Below, piece after piece: positions 19,992 through 30,399 of a DNA stretch of 64,000 bases. How positions within the stretch are numbered: the stretch's first letter is position 1; every line of letters starts with the position of its first letter. Both the position numbers and the translations under genes were made by a program. Below the pieces are notes generated by a model that had not been told where the DNA came from, ran no database searches, and saw only the letters and a list, made by a program, of their open reading frames with translations. The DNA lies in IMG/VR virus record IMGVR_UViG_3300031920_000193; one strand, written 5' to 3'. The DNA is from a virus.

Positions 19992-20720
19992 TTAATTATT
20001 ATTTGCGATTAATTCACATAAATTAATAAAATAATCTTGATTATATGATCTTTTCATAAAATTAATATCTTTATGTACCCATTGTACGTTATCTTTTAAA
20101 TAATCTAATTTTGAATCAATACGATCTAATGATGCTGTAGTTTCGTGTTTTTTACCGTTAGATAAACCAAATTTAAGTGGTAAACCAGATAAAGCACATT
20201 TTTTATTTTGTTTAATAAACAACTCCCACATAAATTTAATGTCAATATCAATTAAATAACCCCTTTTATTTGCTTGTTTTTTAAACAAGCTCCAATATTG
20301 CCCAGATATATCTTCATATCCTGTATAATTAGGGTTGTTTTTTCCTTTTAAACTCAAATATTGGGTTTTCAAACAACCACAAGAGCGTGTGTTTCCTTTC
20401 AATAAATCATACGGTCTAACATCAACATTATTATTACCACATCTACAATTACACATTGCCATCCATTCATTATATTTTTCTGATTTTTTTGTGTATTCCA
20501 TATGTGTAACATTTAAATATCCAAATGTTTTACCAATTAATTGATGTTTCATTCCTTTTCTTCTTAAAAGTGGAATGTTATTTTCTTTTAATATTTTAAA
20601 TATTGTTTTATTACTAATGGTAAAATCAACACTATTAATAATTTTTTTGATAGTATAACTATTAACATGATACATATTAATTATTTGTGATTGTTGTTGT
20701 TCTGAATATTTTGTTTTCAT
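19992..20720 (-). CDS. HNH/His-Me-finger homing-endonuclease-like protein
   Basis: LIGKTFGYL...CNCRCG...LLKGNTRSCGC and CALSG...ASLDRIDS...NVQWVHKDINFMK. Confidence 0.82.
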   Translation of the reverse strand: MKTKYSEQQQSQIINMYHVNSYTIKKIINSVDFTISNKTIFKILKENNIPLLRRKGMKHQLIGKTFGYLNVTHMEYTKKSEKYNEWMAMCNCRCGNNNVDVRPYDLLKGNTRSCGCLKTQYLSLKGKNNPNYTGYEDISGQYWSLFKKQANKRGYLIDIDIKFMWELFIKQNKKCALSGLPLKFGLSNGKKHETTASLDRIDSKLDYLKDNVQWVHKDINFMKRSYNQDYFINLCELIANNN

Positions 20721-20857
20721 AATTACACCTTTCTATATAAATACTTTAATAAAGATGAAAACATCTATAGGGTTGTGTAATTATGAAAAAAATCTAATAA
20801 ATTACAATTGAAAATCAATCCACATGTAGAACATTTCATAATTGTGAGATAAGAAAC

Positions 20858-20895
20858 AAAAAAAACGGAAGTTTTAAATAAATTTACTTCCGTTT
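20858..20895 (-). terminator. intrinsic terminator
   Basis: 10-bp IR aaacggaagt/acttccgttt with U-tract on - strand. Confidence 0.75.
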
Positions 20896-20899
20896 AATA

Positions 20900-21004
20900 T
20901 TATTTACCTTTACCTAATCCCTTCGGAACAATTATTGTTCTTCTTCCGGATTGTTTAAGTTTTTTAATTAAAACTTTTTGATGTATTGTTAAATTATTTT
21001 TCAT
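20900..21004 (-). CDS. 34-aa basic micropeptide (below ORF-track cut-off)
   Basis: MKNNLTIHQKVLIKKLKQSGRRTIIVPKGLGKGK; overlaps upstream stop and ends at terminator. Confidence 0.5.
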   Translation of the reverse strand: MKNNLTIHQKVLIKKLKQSGRRTIIVPKGLGKGK

Positions 21005-21284
21005 CAAGATATTCGATTTTAGTTTGGACTACACCTGATCGATCTGCGTTGTATTTTTCAAATCTCCCAATAATGTCAATATATTTTGATACACTAAGAT
21101 ATCCACTATCTTCTAAAAATATTGATATGTCTTTACCTGTTGATATTTCACCAGTTGGTGCTTCAGGATATTCTTTACATAATTCTAAGACACGTACTTT
21201 AATCCTCACTTCAAGAGCTTTGGTTTTTTCTAGAAGATTACTATATTCCTTCCTATAGTCCTTTGATGTTTTTCTCTTTGGCAT
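20994..21284 (-). CDS. hypothetical protein
   Basis: directly downstream of rIIB. Confidence 0.7.
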   Translation of the reverse strand: MPKRKTSKDYRKEYSNLLEKTKALEVRIKVRVLELCKEYPEAPTGEISTGKDISIFLEDSGYLSVSKYIDIIGRFEKYNADRSGVVQTKIEYLDEK

Positions 21285-21287
21285 ATA

Positions 21288-22496
21288 TTATTTATTTATT
21301 TCGGTTAAATCAACAAGACGATATTCAATAATTTTCTTCAACTCTTCAAGGGAACGAGTTTCCTCGATTTTCTTTAATTTAGCATCCAATTCGATTGGTT
21401 TCTCATTCTTGTGAATTGCTTCAATCATTTTAGCCAAATCTTCTTGCTCGTAGTGAGTGTAATCACTTTCATAATAAGATTCTTCAATAATATCAATTTT
21501 ATTTTTAATGAAACTTGCAATTGCGAATGGGAAATATTCAGATACTCTAATCTTAGTGTGATTATAATTAGGTACTGCAATTACATGTGCCGGGTTTACA
21601 TAACAAACTAAAATAGCATCACCATCACTACCAAACCATTCAACATATTTAGTTGCACCAACATGAAGACCATTACTACAATCATTGGCAGGATCAGAAT
21701 CACATTCTTTTCTATCCATAATAACAGGTTCACCGAGTTTAATTTTCATTTTTTTGGTGTGTTTATCTGTATATGGTGCATCATCATCATTAATCACAAA
21801 ATGAGATAATTTTTGAAACATTTCACCTAAGTTACCAAGGATTTTAACACCCTTTTTATTTTTATCCCAATTTTTTGCAGTAACTTTTTTAGTAATATTA
21901 AGATTGTCATTTTTATCTTGATATACAATATATTTTTTTGGTGAACAAGACCATTTTGTTTTAACAAATAGTGCTTTAGTTGCAACGAATTCAGCAATTC
22001 TACTATCTTCAGTATTCCCCTCTTCTCTTCTGGCAACTGCTTTATACACTATCATGTAACCAGTATCTGTCAATACAAAATCATGTTCTTTAATAAAATC
22101 GAATAAACTCAAACGCACCCTTTCATCTGGATTGAGCATAAGTAATTTCCAAAAATTAATTACACTCTCCATAGGATATTTATTATCGTGGTAATCTTTA
22201 ATAATTTCAACTAAAGATAGTGGGATTGCTGTATTGAATCCGGCAAGATAAGCATTACCTGAATTAACATCGGTTTCAAGACCACACTCCATCATCATTC
22301 TTGTTTTTTCATTAAGAAATCCATTAATCATTCTGATATTTTCATCAGAGGGGTCTTCTTTTGCATTTAAGACTAGTTTGAATAGTTTTTTTGCTTGTGC
22401 TTCGGTTTTACAAACCTTTCTATCCATTTTACCATTTATAGAAAGATTAACTGTTTTACCTATAATCACACCTTCAACTCGTTTTTTATGTTCCAT
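21288..22496 (-). CDS. rIIB: rIIB-like protein
   Basis: LFDFI...LTDTGYMIVYKAV...YTDKHT...GEPVIMDR...CSNGLHVG; adjacent to rIIA. Confidence 0.9.
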   Translation of the reverse strand: MEHKKRVEGVIIGKTVNLSINGKMDRKVCKTEAQAKKLFKLVLNAKEDPSDENIRMINGFLNEKTRMMMECGLETDVNSGNAYLAGFNTAIPLSLVEIIKDYHDNKYPMESVINFWKLLMLNPDERVRLSLFDFIKEHDFVLTDTGYMIVYKAVARREEGNTEDSRIAEFVATKALFVKTKWSCSPKKYIVYQDKNDNLNITKKVTAKNWDKNKKGVKILGNLGEMFQKLSHFVINDDDAPYTDKHTKKMKIKLGEPVIMDRKECDSDPANDCSNGLHVGATKYVEWFGSDGDAILVCYVNPAHVIAVPNYNHTKIRVSEYFPFAIASFIKNKIDIIEESYYESDYTHYEQEDLAKMIEAIHKNEKPIELDAKLKKIEETRSLEELKKIIEYRLVDLTEINK

Positions 22497-22515
22497 TATT
22501 TTTTTTTTATATTAT

Positions 22516-22543
22516 TATACGATTTTTTGTTTGAAATGTTACA
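22516..22543 (-). promoter_or_regulatory. phage promoter TGTAAC-N16-CGTATA (rIIB)
   Basis: exact consensus between rIIA and rIIB. Confidence 0.75.
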
Positions 22544-22570
22544 CAAAGATAAATAAAAAAAAGTAATGTC

Positions 22571-24868
22571 CTAAAGAGACATCGCTTTTTTTAATAAACC
22601 CGGAAGTATTTTATTATCCATTTCTTCACTTACAGTAACACTACCATCTCTCACAGTATAATTAAAATAACTTAATACCTCTTGATTTTTTTTCTGAATT
22701 TTAATAATTTTAGCTATGGTTTTTATGATATGTTTCTCAACACTATTGGGTTGGATATTATCCATGTTAATATAACGTGAAAGATAAGATTTTTCATGTT
22801 CTAAATTCCAATTATTATCAATCTTGTCAACATGTTGATGAATGTCCATAACAACATTAAACCATTTTGGTGAGATTTTTTTGAATAATTCTGTCATATA
22901 AAAACCATTAATCTCTTGGAATTTATTGTAAATATCTCTACTAATGGAAGAATTTCTGATTTTCTCTTCATATCTTCTGATTATCCAATCACCAAATTTA
23001 CTAATAGGACGAATATCTTTACAATCTTCTAAATATTTTAGATTGTTTTTAGCTACTAAAATAAAAAGAACATTAGCGTGTTTACTTTCATGACACCATC
23101 CATAATTACTATCGTGTACATCTACTTCATTGTATTGGTAACCCCATCTTTCACCAAGATAATCTTCTAATCCTATCGTTTTCATTATCCTAACAGCAGT
23201 CGAGGTCTCATAATCATCAACATAAGTACCGTAGAAAATAATACCTTTAAAGTTAACAAAATTTTCTATTGTTGTTTTTTCTCTATATCTACTACCACTA
23301 ATGGTGTAAGATATTTTCCTTTTCAATTGGTCTTTATCTAGTATTGGTTTGCCGTAAGTAACTGTGAAATCTGAAGGTACTTCAACATCGTTATAATCAA
23401 TAACATTTTTTTGAATAATTTTAAAATAATCCTCTTGCATTTCAAGAATTCTTTTAAACGTTTTTGACTCTCTAAATTTTTCTAATTCACCTTCAACAAC
23501 ACAATTAAGTACTTCAGTAAGGTCCAGACGATCATATCCAATGACTTTTTTTCTAATTATATAATAACGTCCATGATTTTCTTTTAAATATGCTTGTTTA
23601 ATTCTTTTTAATTTAAATTTTTCATCATCGTTATAGTAAATATTTGTTGCTTCAATGATATCACTATAATTTTTCAAAAATGTATGGTAACGATCATTAA
23701 GTTTTTTACTTTTTTTACCATATTGTTTTGCTTCGAAAAATATATTAAATAACGCACCATCTTTAGGTAAAATAAATTTATCATATTTGAAATTGGTAAA
23801 ACTCACCTCAGATTTTTTAACGACAGTTTTTAAATTTAAACTATGTGTTTCTGATAAATTCAAAATTCCGAAATTATTTGCAGATTGAAAATATTCTTCA
23901 AGTGTTGTAACGTTAATATATTGTTCCTGTAAAAGTGTGATTAATTCTTCTTTGGTTTCTTTTAGTCTTTTTTTCAAAAATCTAATTGTTGAATCTGAAT
24001 ATTCAAGAGTTTCACGTGAAGCAGTAACACCGATCTTACCTATTGGTATATCAATTGCAACCGGAAGAGCGTATTCAGATTCATCCAATTCCAATGTTCT
24101 GTAATCAATTGGATAATACACACGACCAAGACAAATATGTATTTTATTATCAACAGAATTACCTCTATGTAAGAAGTTTTTACCTTTAATAATTTGATAA
24201 TCATTTTTAATCGTATCTGAGAATCCTTCAAAAACGATATTCTCAAAATAATATAGTTGATTAATTATTTCACTTTCGAATTTATATATATCTCTTTCAA
24301 GTAATGGTACACGAATTTCAGTACCATTTCTTTCTGTGGTATTCTCATTATGAAAAAGTGTAAATTCAGGTGATTCTTTTCCTTCAAATACACTATAATA
24401 ATATTTAGTACCATCAAAATTTGTGATGATATTAAATGAATTATCATATTCATGATCTTTTTCACCTGTGGAACGTTTATATGCTAAAGGTGTTTTACAT
24501 CCCAATCCAAACCCCCCTATTTGTTCATTACTATTACGTTTAGTGCTTTCAAAATAAACACCATAAATATTTAACATTCGATCAGGAGATAAACCAACAC
24601 CAAAATCAATAAATGAGATGTAATGTGTGTCTGTTTTTTCTTCATATGTTTTCTTAATTAAAATTGGATTATTAACACCAGCTTCAATGTGAGAATCAAA
24701 ACAATTTGATGTGATTTCACGAACAACAGCACCAATAGGGTTTGAATATATGTTTTCTGTGAACATTTTAAAGATTATACTTTCTGCACCATCAGCAAAT
24801 CTCATTTTATTAGTTGAAGATGTTATTTGTGTTTTTTGTTTATTTAGTACATCTAAATTGATTTTCAT
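22571..24868 (-). CDS. rIIA: rIIA-like protein (N-terminal GHKL ATPase)
   Basis: IYSNPIGAVVREITSNCFDSH, DFGVGLS, YFESTK...IGGFGLG. Confidence 0.92.
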   Translation of the reverse strand: MKINLDVLNKQKTQITSSTNKMRFADGAESIIFKMFTENIYSNPIGAVVREITSNCFDSHIEAGVNNPILIKKTYEEKTDTHYISFIDFGVGLSPDRMLNIYGVYFESTKRNSNEQIGGFGLGCKTPLAYKRSTGEKDHEYDNSFNIITNFDGTKYYYSVFEGKESPEFTLFHNENTTERNGTEIRVPLLERDIYKFESEIINQLYYFENIVFEGFSDTIKNDYQIIKGKNFLHRGNSVDNKIHICLGRVYYPIDYRTLELDESEYALPVAIDIPIGKIGVTASRETLEYSDSTIRFLKKRLKETKEELITLLQEQYINVTTLEEYFQSANNFGILNLSETHSLNLKTVVKKSEVSFTNFKYDKFILPKDGALFNIFFEAKQYGKKSKKLNDRYHTFLKNYSDIIEATNIYYNDDEKFKLKRIKQAYLKENHGRYYIIRKKVIGYDRLDLTEVLNCVVEGELEKFRESKTFKRILEMQEDYFKIIQKNVIDYNDVEVPSDFTVTYGKPILDKDQLKRKISYTISGSRYREKTTIENFVNFKGIIFYGTYVDDYETSTAVRIMKTIGLEDYLGERWGYQYNEVDVHDSNYGWCHESKHANVLFILVAKNNLKYLEDCKDIRPISKFGDWIIRRYEEKIRNSSISRDIYNKFQEINGFYMTELFKKISPKWFNVVMDIHQHVDKIDNNWNLEHEKSYLSRYINMDNIQPNSVEKHIIKTIAKIIKIQKKNQEVLSYFNYTVRDGSVTVSEEMDNKILPGLLKKAMSL

Positions 24869-24907
24869 GATATGTGTGTTAAATTAAATAATGTTTTTAT
24901 ATGTTAT

Positions 24908-24935
24908 TATACGATAAAAATGAAGATAGGTTACA
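24908..24935 (-). promoter_or_regulatory. phage promoter TGTAAC-N16-CGTATA (rIIA)
   Basis: exact consensus. Confidence 0.75.
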
Positions 24936-24944
24936 AATTATTAT

Positions 24945-24982
24945 AAAAAAACCCCCTGACGATCTAGCAACCGAACAGGGGG
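24945..24982 (-). terminator. intrinsic terminator
   Basis: ccccctg/caggggg stem with U-tract on - strand. Confidence 0.7.
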
Positions 24983-25004
24983 CGATTAAAACAAAAACCC
25001 AATC

Positions 25005-25466
25005 TTATATGTCACAAATATCTTCCATTCTTTTAATCATGTTTTCTTTATATTTATCATCAGCAACGTAAAGAGCACCTATTATTATACCATTACATAA
25101 TGCTGCAGGACCTTTATTTCCTACAATAAAATCATTATAAATATCAATTGCTTTTTCAAATTTCTTATCTTTAATTGTGTTAAATAATCTTAAGCTGTGG
25201 AAATATTGTCGTTTGTTTTTTAATTTAGTACTGTATGAATTTATGTCCTGTAAGATACTACCTGAGATCATAGTTAAAATTAAACCACCCATAATCAAAC
25301 CAAGGAATATTCCAAGAAAAACAAATACTGTTGTTTTGTTATTTATTGGTGCAAAAATCTTAATGGTTGTAGTTAAGAAAACAATTGCACAAATAATACA
25401 ACTAAATGCTAACCAGAGTAATTCTTTTCTTTGTCTTATTTTTTTATTTTTTTCTTGACGTGTCAT
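25005..25466 (-). CDS. hypothetical membrane protein
   Basis: two TM helices. Confidence 0.7.
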   Translation of the reverse strand: MTRQEKNKKIRQRKELLWLAFSCIICAIVFLTTTIKIFAPINNKTTVFVFLGIFLGLIMGGLILTMISGSILQDINSYSTKLKNKRQYFHSLRLFNTIKDKKFEKAIDIYNDFIVGNKGPAALCNGIIIGALYVADDKYKENMIKRMEDICDI

Positions 25467-25482
25467 AATGTTTTTATTTTAT

Positions 25483-25510
25483 TATACGATGAAAATTCAA
25501 AAAGGTTACA
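25483..25510 (-). promoter_or_regulatory. phage promoter TGTAAC-N16-CGTATA
   Basis: exact consensus. Confidence 0.75.
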
Positions 25511-25617
25511 GATATATCACTAATTTATTATAATAATTTACAATTCAATTGAATAGACCCTGTATTGCTTTCTCTCACTAAGATACCCTAACTCACCTAC
25601 GGTATTATAGTTAGAAT

Positions 25618-26007
25618 CTATTTCTTGTTATACCATTTGACGAATTCAACACACCCTTCCCAAGTTTTTTCCTGATCTAAATTTGTTAGACTGGTGAAGA
25701 TAGTAATATATGAATTAGCGATATCATTACCGATTATTTTTTCACCTACAAATTCTTTTTCCCAAACTTCCTTGATCTTGGCAAGTAATTTCATTAACCA
25801 CTTCCAATCAGAGTGAAATTTTAATTCAGTATCAATACAACAATTACCCACATTTAATATCGGCATCTCTGATTCTAATCCACAGTTTAATACTTCAATA
25901 CCGGGTACATTAAAACAAACACCATCTGTCTGATCTGTTTTTTTAATATCACCATAGAAACTAGCAAGAATTATATTATCTTTTTGTGTTTTGGTTAGTT
26001 TTTCCAT
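25618..26007 (-). CDS. hypothetical protein
   Basis: FHSDWKWLM motif; resembles C-terminus of 26234-26842 (YHRSWNDLM). Confidence 0.7.
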   Translation of the reverse strand: MEKLTKTQKDNIILASFYGDIKKTDQTDGVCFNVPGIEVLNCGLESEMPILNVGNCCIDTELKFHSDWKWLMKLLAKIKEVWEKEFVGEKIIGNDIANSYITIFTSLTNLDQEKTWEGCVEFVKWYNKK

Positions 26008-26018
26008 AATATAATATA

Positions 26019-26228
26019 TTAAACAACGATTTTTGATTTTGTTATTCCAATTCTGGCAGCAACAGGATGGAAACCGGAACAGTAGAATTTATGTGGTTCA
26101 TCAACTTCTTCTACATACCAAACATAATCCTGTAATTGTTCTAAGGTCACACCACATTTAATAAGTATCTTCATGAACTTATTATTGTCGATGGGTTTAC
26201 CATCTAAATATTTACCGTATTTCTCCAT
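26019..26228 (-). CDS. hypothetical protein
   Basis: ORF in - block. Confidence 0.6.
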   Translation of the reverse strand: MEKYGKYLDGKPIDNNKFMKILIKCGVTLEQLQDYVWYVEEVDEPHKFYCSGFHPVAARIGITKSKIVV

Positions 26229-26233
26229 ATTAA

Positions 26234-26842
26234 TTAAAGTTTATTATTTGAGTATAATTCAAGGAATTTAACAACTGCACCCCATGTTGCCATGCATTTA
26301 TCACCTACAACATTCCTGACGAAAATTACGTCTTTAGTTTCTATGCAATCTTTTTTTATGTTATAAAGTCGAGGGGTGATCTCACAATAATTACCTAAGA
26401 TTTTAACCGAGGTCTGTCCTAATTTTTCAATTTCGATAACAACGTCCATTAAATCATTCCATGATCTGTGGTAATTAGCTCTAAATTCACCTTTCAAACT
26501 CCATTTAATGTTATTGTATTTATCATCAGTATCGATTAAATAAATATAATCAACACAATGACCAATAACTTCAATTTTATTATATCTTGAAAGTGGTTCA
26601 AAATCAGAATATATATTTGAACCAAATTGACCTTCATCAAATTCAACTATATTAAAATATCCTTTATCCGGAACAGAATTATAACCATCGGCATTAATAA
26701 TACTACCTTCAGTAATTTTAACGTTATTAATATCAACCATCCCGGAGTCTAAATATTTAAAAATATCTGAGTCCATAAATTTGGCAATTAATTTATTACC
26801 ATCGATTGTTATTTTAGTTAGAACTGTTTTAATTTTAGCCAT
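26234..26842 (-). CDS. hypothetical protein
   Basis: 202-aa ORF. Confidence 0.7.
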   Translation of the reverse strand: MAKIKTVLTKITIDGNKLIAKFMDSDIFKYLDSGMVDINNVKITEGSIINADGYNSVPDKGYFNIVEFDEGQFGSNIYSDFEPLSRYNKIEVIGHCVDYIYLIDTDDKYNNIKWSLKGEFRANYHRSWNDLMDVVIEIEKLGQTSVKILGNYCEITPRLYNIKKDCIETKDVIFVRNVVGDKCMATWGAVVKFLELYSNNKL

Positions 26843-26944
26843 AGTGTTATCGTTTTAATTCTTTATTTAATTTCTTGAGTGTTTGTTCCTTTTCTTTTAG
26901 TGTTTTTTTCAATTCATTAATAACCCTTTCAACTTCTTTGATTT

Positions 26945-27427
26945 CTATCTCGTTTTTTTATCAGCATATATTTTTGATCTCTCATCATCAGCTACCTCAA
27001 ATTTAACACCAGTAAGATAATAACCATGATGATCTCCATGTTGATAAATTCTAACATGGGTAGCACCATGATCGTCTTTCATATTTTGAAGATGGGTAAT
27101 TAATCTATCGATATTAACCGGATCACCTTCTGTCCAATAATAATTGGAATCTTTATCGATTTTTTCAATGAAATATTTATATCCATCCTCTGGATATTTA
27201 CCTAAAATTTCTTCAATTGTAATAATATATAAATCCATTAGATCATCAATTTCAACTAAAAATGTTTCAATTATTGTTGGCTTTTTCATTATTGTTGTTT
27301 TAATATTACATTTCCGGGGATAATCGTAAACTTTTACCTCGAAGACCCAATGCCTTTTGCATTTCTTTTTGATTTGCTTCCACACCCTTATCAAAATATT
27401 CATTTTGGATTTTGAGAATTCCAACAT
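26945..27427 (-). CDS. hypothetical protein (true start likely internal MKKPT)
   Basis: ORF in - block; 5' part overlaps upstream gene. Confidence 0.6.
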   Translation of the reverse strand: MLEFSKSKMNILIRVWKQIKKKCKRHWVFEVKVYDYPRKCNIKTTIMKKPTIIETFLVEIDDLMDLYIITIEEILGKYPEDGYKYFIEKIDKDSNYYWTEGDPVNIDRLITHLQNMKDDHGATHVRIYQHGDHHGYYLTGVKFEVADDERSKIYADKKTR

Positions 27428-27707
27428 AGATTATACTTACAGTCATTTGATTTAATATCATTTGATCTAATTTCTTTTGAAAGGTCTTGGCTTTAGTATT
27501 GTCTTTAATCATCTGGGTAATTAGTTGACCTTCTTTAGTGTCTTTACATACCACCATACCAGTATCTAAAATACAATGATTAATCCAATATTCTTCATGG
27601 TTTTCAGATATGTTATGAAGATTAATATTAAAAACCTTAACTGCTGAAGCAAGATAATGAATACCATTAACTTTATTTCTTGTTCCTATGATTATATCGT
27701 TCCACAT
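27306..27707 (-). CDS. hypothetical protein
   Basis: ORF in - block. Confidence 0.65.
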   Translation of the reverse strand: MWNDIIIGTRNKVNGIHYLASAVKVFNINLHNISENHEEYWINHCILDTGMVVCKDTKEGQLITQMIKDNTKAKTFQKKLDQMILNQMTVSIIYVGILKIQNEYFDKGVEANQKEMQKALGLRGKSLRLSPEM

Positions 27708-27863
27708 AATTTTTAGTATTTATTTTTTTTTCTTACAAATATCTTTAACAAAATTTGGAACTAAAAAATCCCAATAGTTTTTTTCAAAATTATCTAATCT
27801 TTTTAAATAATCTTTGTTCGTTTCATTTGGAGCTTGTTCTGGTATATTTTTACCCATAATTTT

Positions 27864-28172
27864 TTAATCTAAAATAAAGTTAATAAGTTCTATCAATTCA
27901 TCATGTTCTTTAATACCATTTTCATTTAATCTATCCTGTGTTCTCAAACCATTTAAGTCCTCTAGACGATCAATGGCGACCTTTAATAATTTCTTAGACG
28001 ATGCTAATAATTTAGCATTTGCAAGTGCTTCAACTTCATCACCTGTAGTACAACCCCTTAGTTGTGCAACGTCTTTATCATCACTATTGATATATGATAT
28101 TAGTGTATCGGAAAAATTCATAATCTCAGAATTCCACCAATTACCTGCAGTGCCTTTAAATCTATCTAACAT
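27864..28172 (-). CDS. hypothetical protein
   Basis: ORF in - block. Confidence 0.65.
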   Translation of the reverse strand: MLDRFKGTAGNWWNSEIMNFSDTLISYINSDDKDVAQLRGCTTGDEVEALANAKLLASSKKLLKVAIDRLEDLNGLRTQDRLNENGIKEHDELIELINFILD

Positions 28173-28190
28173 AATTATATTTTTTTAGGA

Positions 28191-28442
28191 TTAATAATCG
28201 TAACCTAAGATTTGTTTACGTGCTAACTCAGTATCTTTTTCAGGTCTTGATTTCAAATCCAATGAAACAGATTCACCATAACAAGTACAACTTGATGTAT
28301 GTCTACCTTCTACCTCTATTGAACGTATTGAAATGAATCCTGCACTGATTGGGTCAAAATTTTTAAATTGATCATGAGTTAAAAGTTCTGAGAATACTAT
28401 GATCTGATTTTCTTTTGTTCGAATATATTTTACTCGTGGCAT
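28191..28442 (-). CDS. hypothetical protein
   Basis: ORF downstream of promoter. Confidence 0.7.
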   Translation of the reverse strand: MPRVKYIRTKENQIIVFSELLTHDQFKNFDPISAGFISIRSIEVEGRHTSSCTCYGESVSLDLKSRPEKDTELARKQILGYDY

Positions 28443-28469
28443 AATTTAAATTTATTGATTACTTTCAAT

Positions 28470-28497
28470 TATACGATAAAAATCAAGAAAGGTTACA
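28470..28497 (-). promoter_or_regulatory. phage promoter TGTAAC-N16-CGTATA
   Basis: exact consensus. Confidence 0.75.
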
Positions 28498-28668
28498 AAC
28501 TATCACCACGATCACCAACATCAGGTTTATTTGGACGTAAATTAAGTGCTTTACGTATACCATCTTCAATTGGTTCAATTTCTTCACCATTAATGTAATT
28601 TTTACATTCTATTACTTGTCTTACATTTTCAGCAATTTCGATTGCTAATTCACGAATTTTATTTTCTG

Positions 28669-29202
28669 TCATAATATTAAATTACATAATTTTCCGGCAA
28701 CTACTTGAGATATTTGTACTTTAACATGTGGATTTGTCCATTTTTCATTTGTGGCTAAATCAACAGCACCGGGATAATCTGGAGAATAACCATTTGCCAT
28801 AATACTAAGAGATTTTTCATCTATGCGAAGTTCACTTAATAGGTCCTCTATTGCTGTGATGTATTTGGTATTATCGTTTAATTCTTCATTTTTGATAAAA
28901 TTAAAGTGATTAATTATTTCAGTAATTACAGCACCCTTCCCTCTAATAAAGTCTTTTGATGAAGGTAGTCCACCAATAACATCAAACTTTAATTTATCTA
29001 AAGTTTCATTTAAGAAATTTCTAATCTCATTAGTTATTGAATAACCACAATCATTATAATAGTCCATAATTTTATCGATTACAATATCATTACCTTCGAT
29101 ATATTGATTTACGTTTGGTTTATTACCACCACCACATGTTACTATTTTTAATCCATGTAACATTTTCAGTTTCTCTACCATACCATTTCTCCCTTTTTTC
29201 AA
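28669..29202 (-). CDS. hypothetical protein
   Basis: ORF in - block. Confidence 0.65.
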   Translation of the reverse strand: MKKGRNGMVEKLKMLHGLKIVTCGGGNKPNVNQYIEGNDIVIDKIMDYYNDCGYSITNEIRNFLNETLDKLKFDVIGGLPSSKDFIRGKGAVITEIINHFNFIKNEELNDNTKYITAIEDLLSELRIDEKSLSIMANGYSPDYPGAVDLATNEKWTNPHVKVQISQVVAGKLCNLIL

Positions 29203-29359
29203 TGGTTTTATTAAAAACTTTAAGACAACCTGTTAAATATTCAGCTAAGATAAAATCAGGTGTGTTATTATCATTCTCTAAGGAATGTGAATTAATTAAT
29301 TGTTCTAATTCTTTTTTAAAATTACTCATTTTTATTTTACTTTCTTTAAGTTGACTCAT
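29123..29359 (-). CDS. hypothetical protein
   Basis: LINSHSLENDNNTPDFILAEYL, a phage-type small protein motif. Confidence 0.65.
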   Translation of the reverse strand: MSQLKESKIKMSNFKKELEQLINSHSLENDNNTPDFILAEYLTGCLKVFNKTIEKREKWYGRETENVTWIKNSNMWWW

Positions 29360-29378
29360 AATATTCTATATTAATTTA

Positions 29379-29567
29379 TTAAACAAATTGCCATTCATCA
29401 GGTCTATATACTTTATAACAATCTTCATCTTCAGTGGTTTTTCCTTCGCATAAGAATGCTTCACCTACATTTATATCATTGGTCCAAATAGCTTTTCCAA
29501 TATATTCACCTTTTCTCCAACAATGGTATTCATTACCATATATTCTTAAATCTTGTCTATTACTCAT
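29379..29567 (-). CDS. hypothetical protein
   Basis: ORF in - block. Confidence 0.6.
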   Translation of the reverse strand: MSNRQDLRIYGNEYHCWRKGEYIGKAIWTNDINVGEAFLCEGKTTEDEDCYKVYRPDEWQFV

Positions 29568-29758
29568 TTTATTTTAAATTCTTTTTTATTAAGATCATAT
29601 CCATTCATAAAATTCTCATGTCCTGCATGATATTTCATGTTCACAATGAGTGATTTTGCTTCTTCATAAGCATCATCACCAACGCTCTCACCACTATGTA
29701 GAATATAAGTAATAGGTCTGTAACCATCAATATATTGATCACCAACCTCTATTTCCAT
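29564..29758 (-). CDS. hypothetical protein
   Basis: ORF in - block. Confidence 0.6.
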   Translation of the reverse strand: MEIEVGDQYIDGYRPITYILHSGESVGDDAYEEAKSLIVNMKYHAGHENFMNGYDLNKKEFKIK

Positions 29759-29970
29759 TTATGACCGTGTTCCCAATATCTTCTATCGGTACAACGAGCA
29801 AGGAAAAATAAACCTGTTTGTTTTTTATGAACTTTGAAGAAAACAATCAACGATCTTTTCCCGTGACCGGAGCAACTTTCAGATGTTTCGATTCCGGGTA
29901 ATGAATTCATTGCGTTACATAATTCAATAACTTCCTCATCCATATTACCAGTGTATGTTATTTTTTTCAT
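29749..29970 (-). CDS. hypothetical protein
   Basis: LCNAMNSLPGIETSESCSGHG. Confidence 0.65.
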   Translation of the reverse strand: MKKITYTGNMDEEVIELCNAMNSLPGIETSESCSGHGKRSLIVFFKVHKKQTGLFFLARCTDRRYWEHGHKWK

Positions 29971-29975
29971 TGTAT

Positions 29976-30170
29976 CTATTTTTTTGGTATATAACCTTTT
30001 TTCTTCATGAATTTATAGATAATAATATCCGGAATAATATCAGATGCAATTGTCAATTTTCCATCATATTCTTTTTGAATAAAATTTATAAATTCATCTA
30101 AAAGTTTCTCAGTATATTGAGTAAGCTCTTCATTAAAATTATCTAAATTATCTGATTTTTTATTTCCCAT
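29976..30170 (-). CDS. hypothetical protein
   Basis: ORF in - block. Confidence 0.6.
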   Translation of the reverse strand: MGNKKSDNLDNFNEELTQYTEKLLDEFINFIQKEYDGKLTIASDIIPDIIIYKFMKKKGYIPKK

Positions 30171-30191
30171 TATACGTCTTTTATTATTTAA

Positions 30192-30398
30192 TTAAAAATT
30201 AATTGTTAAATCAACAACACTATGTATATCAATTTCATGGTCATACTCCTTATGTCTATTATTTAATAAGGTACTTCGATTGTTGTTAAATCCTGCATCA
30301 GCCGGAACATATAAAAGAGCATATTCCACCCCACGATCTTCACTCCCTTGGCAATGAGAGATATAATTGTATTTGAATAATTTATAAACTTTTTCCAT
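30192..30398 (-). CDS. hypothetical protein
   Basis: ORF in - block. Confidence 0.6.
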   Translation of the reverse strand: MEKVYKLFKYNYISHCQGSEDRGVEYALLYVPADAGFNNNRSTLLNNRHKEYDHEIDIHSVVDLTINF

Positions 30399-30399
30399 G

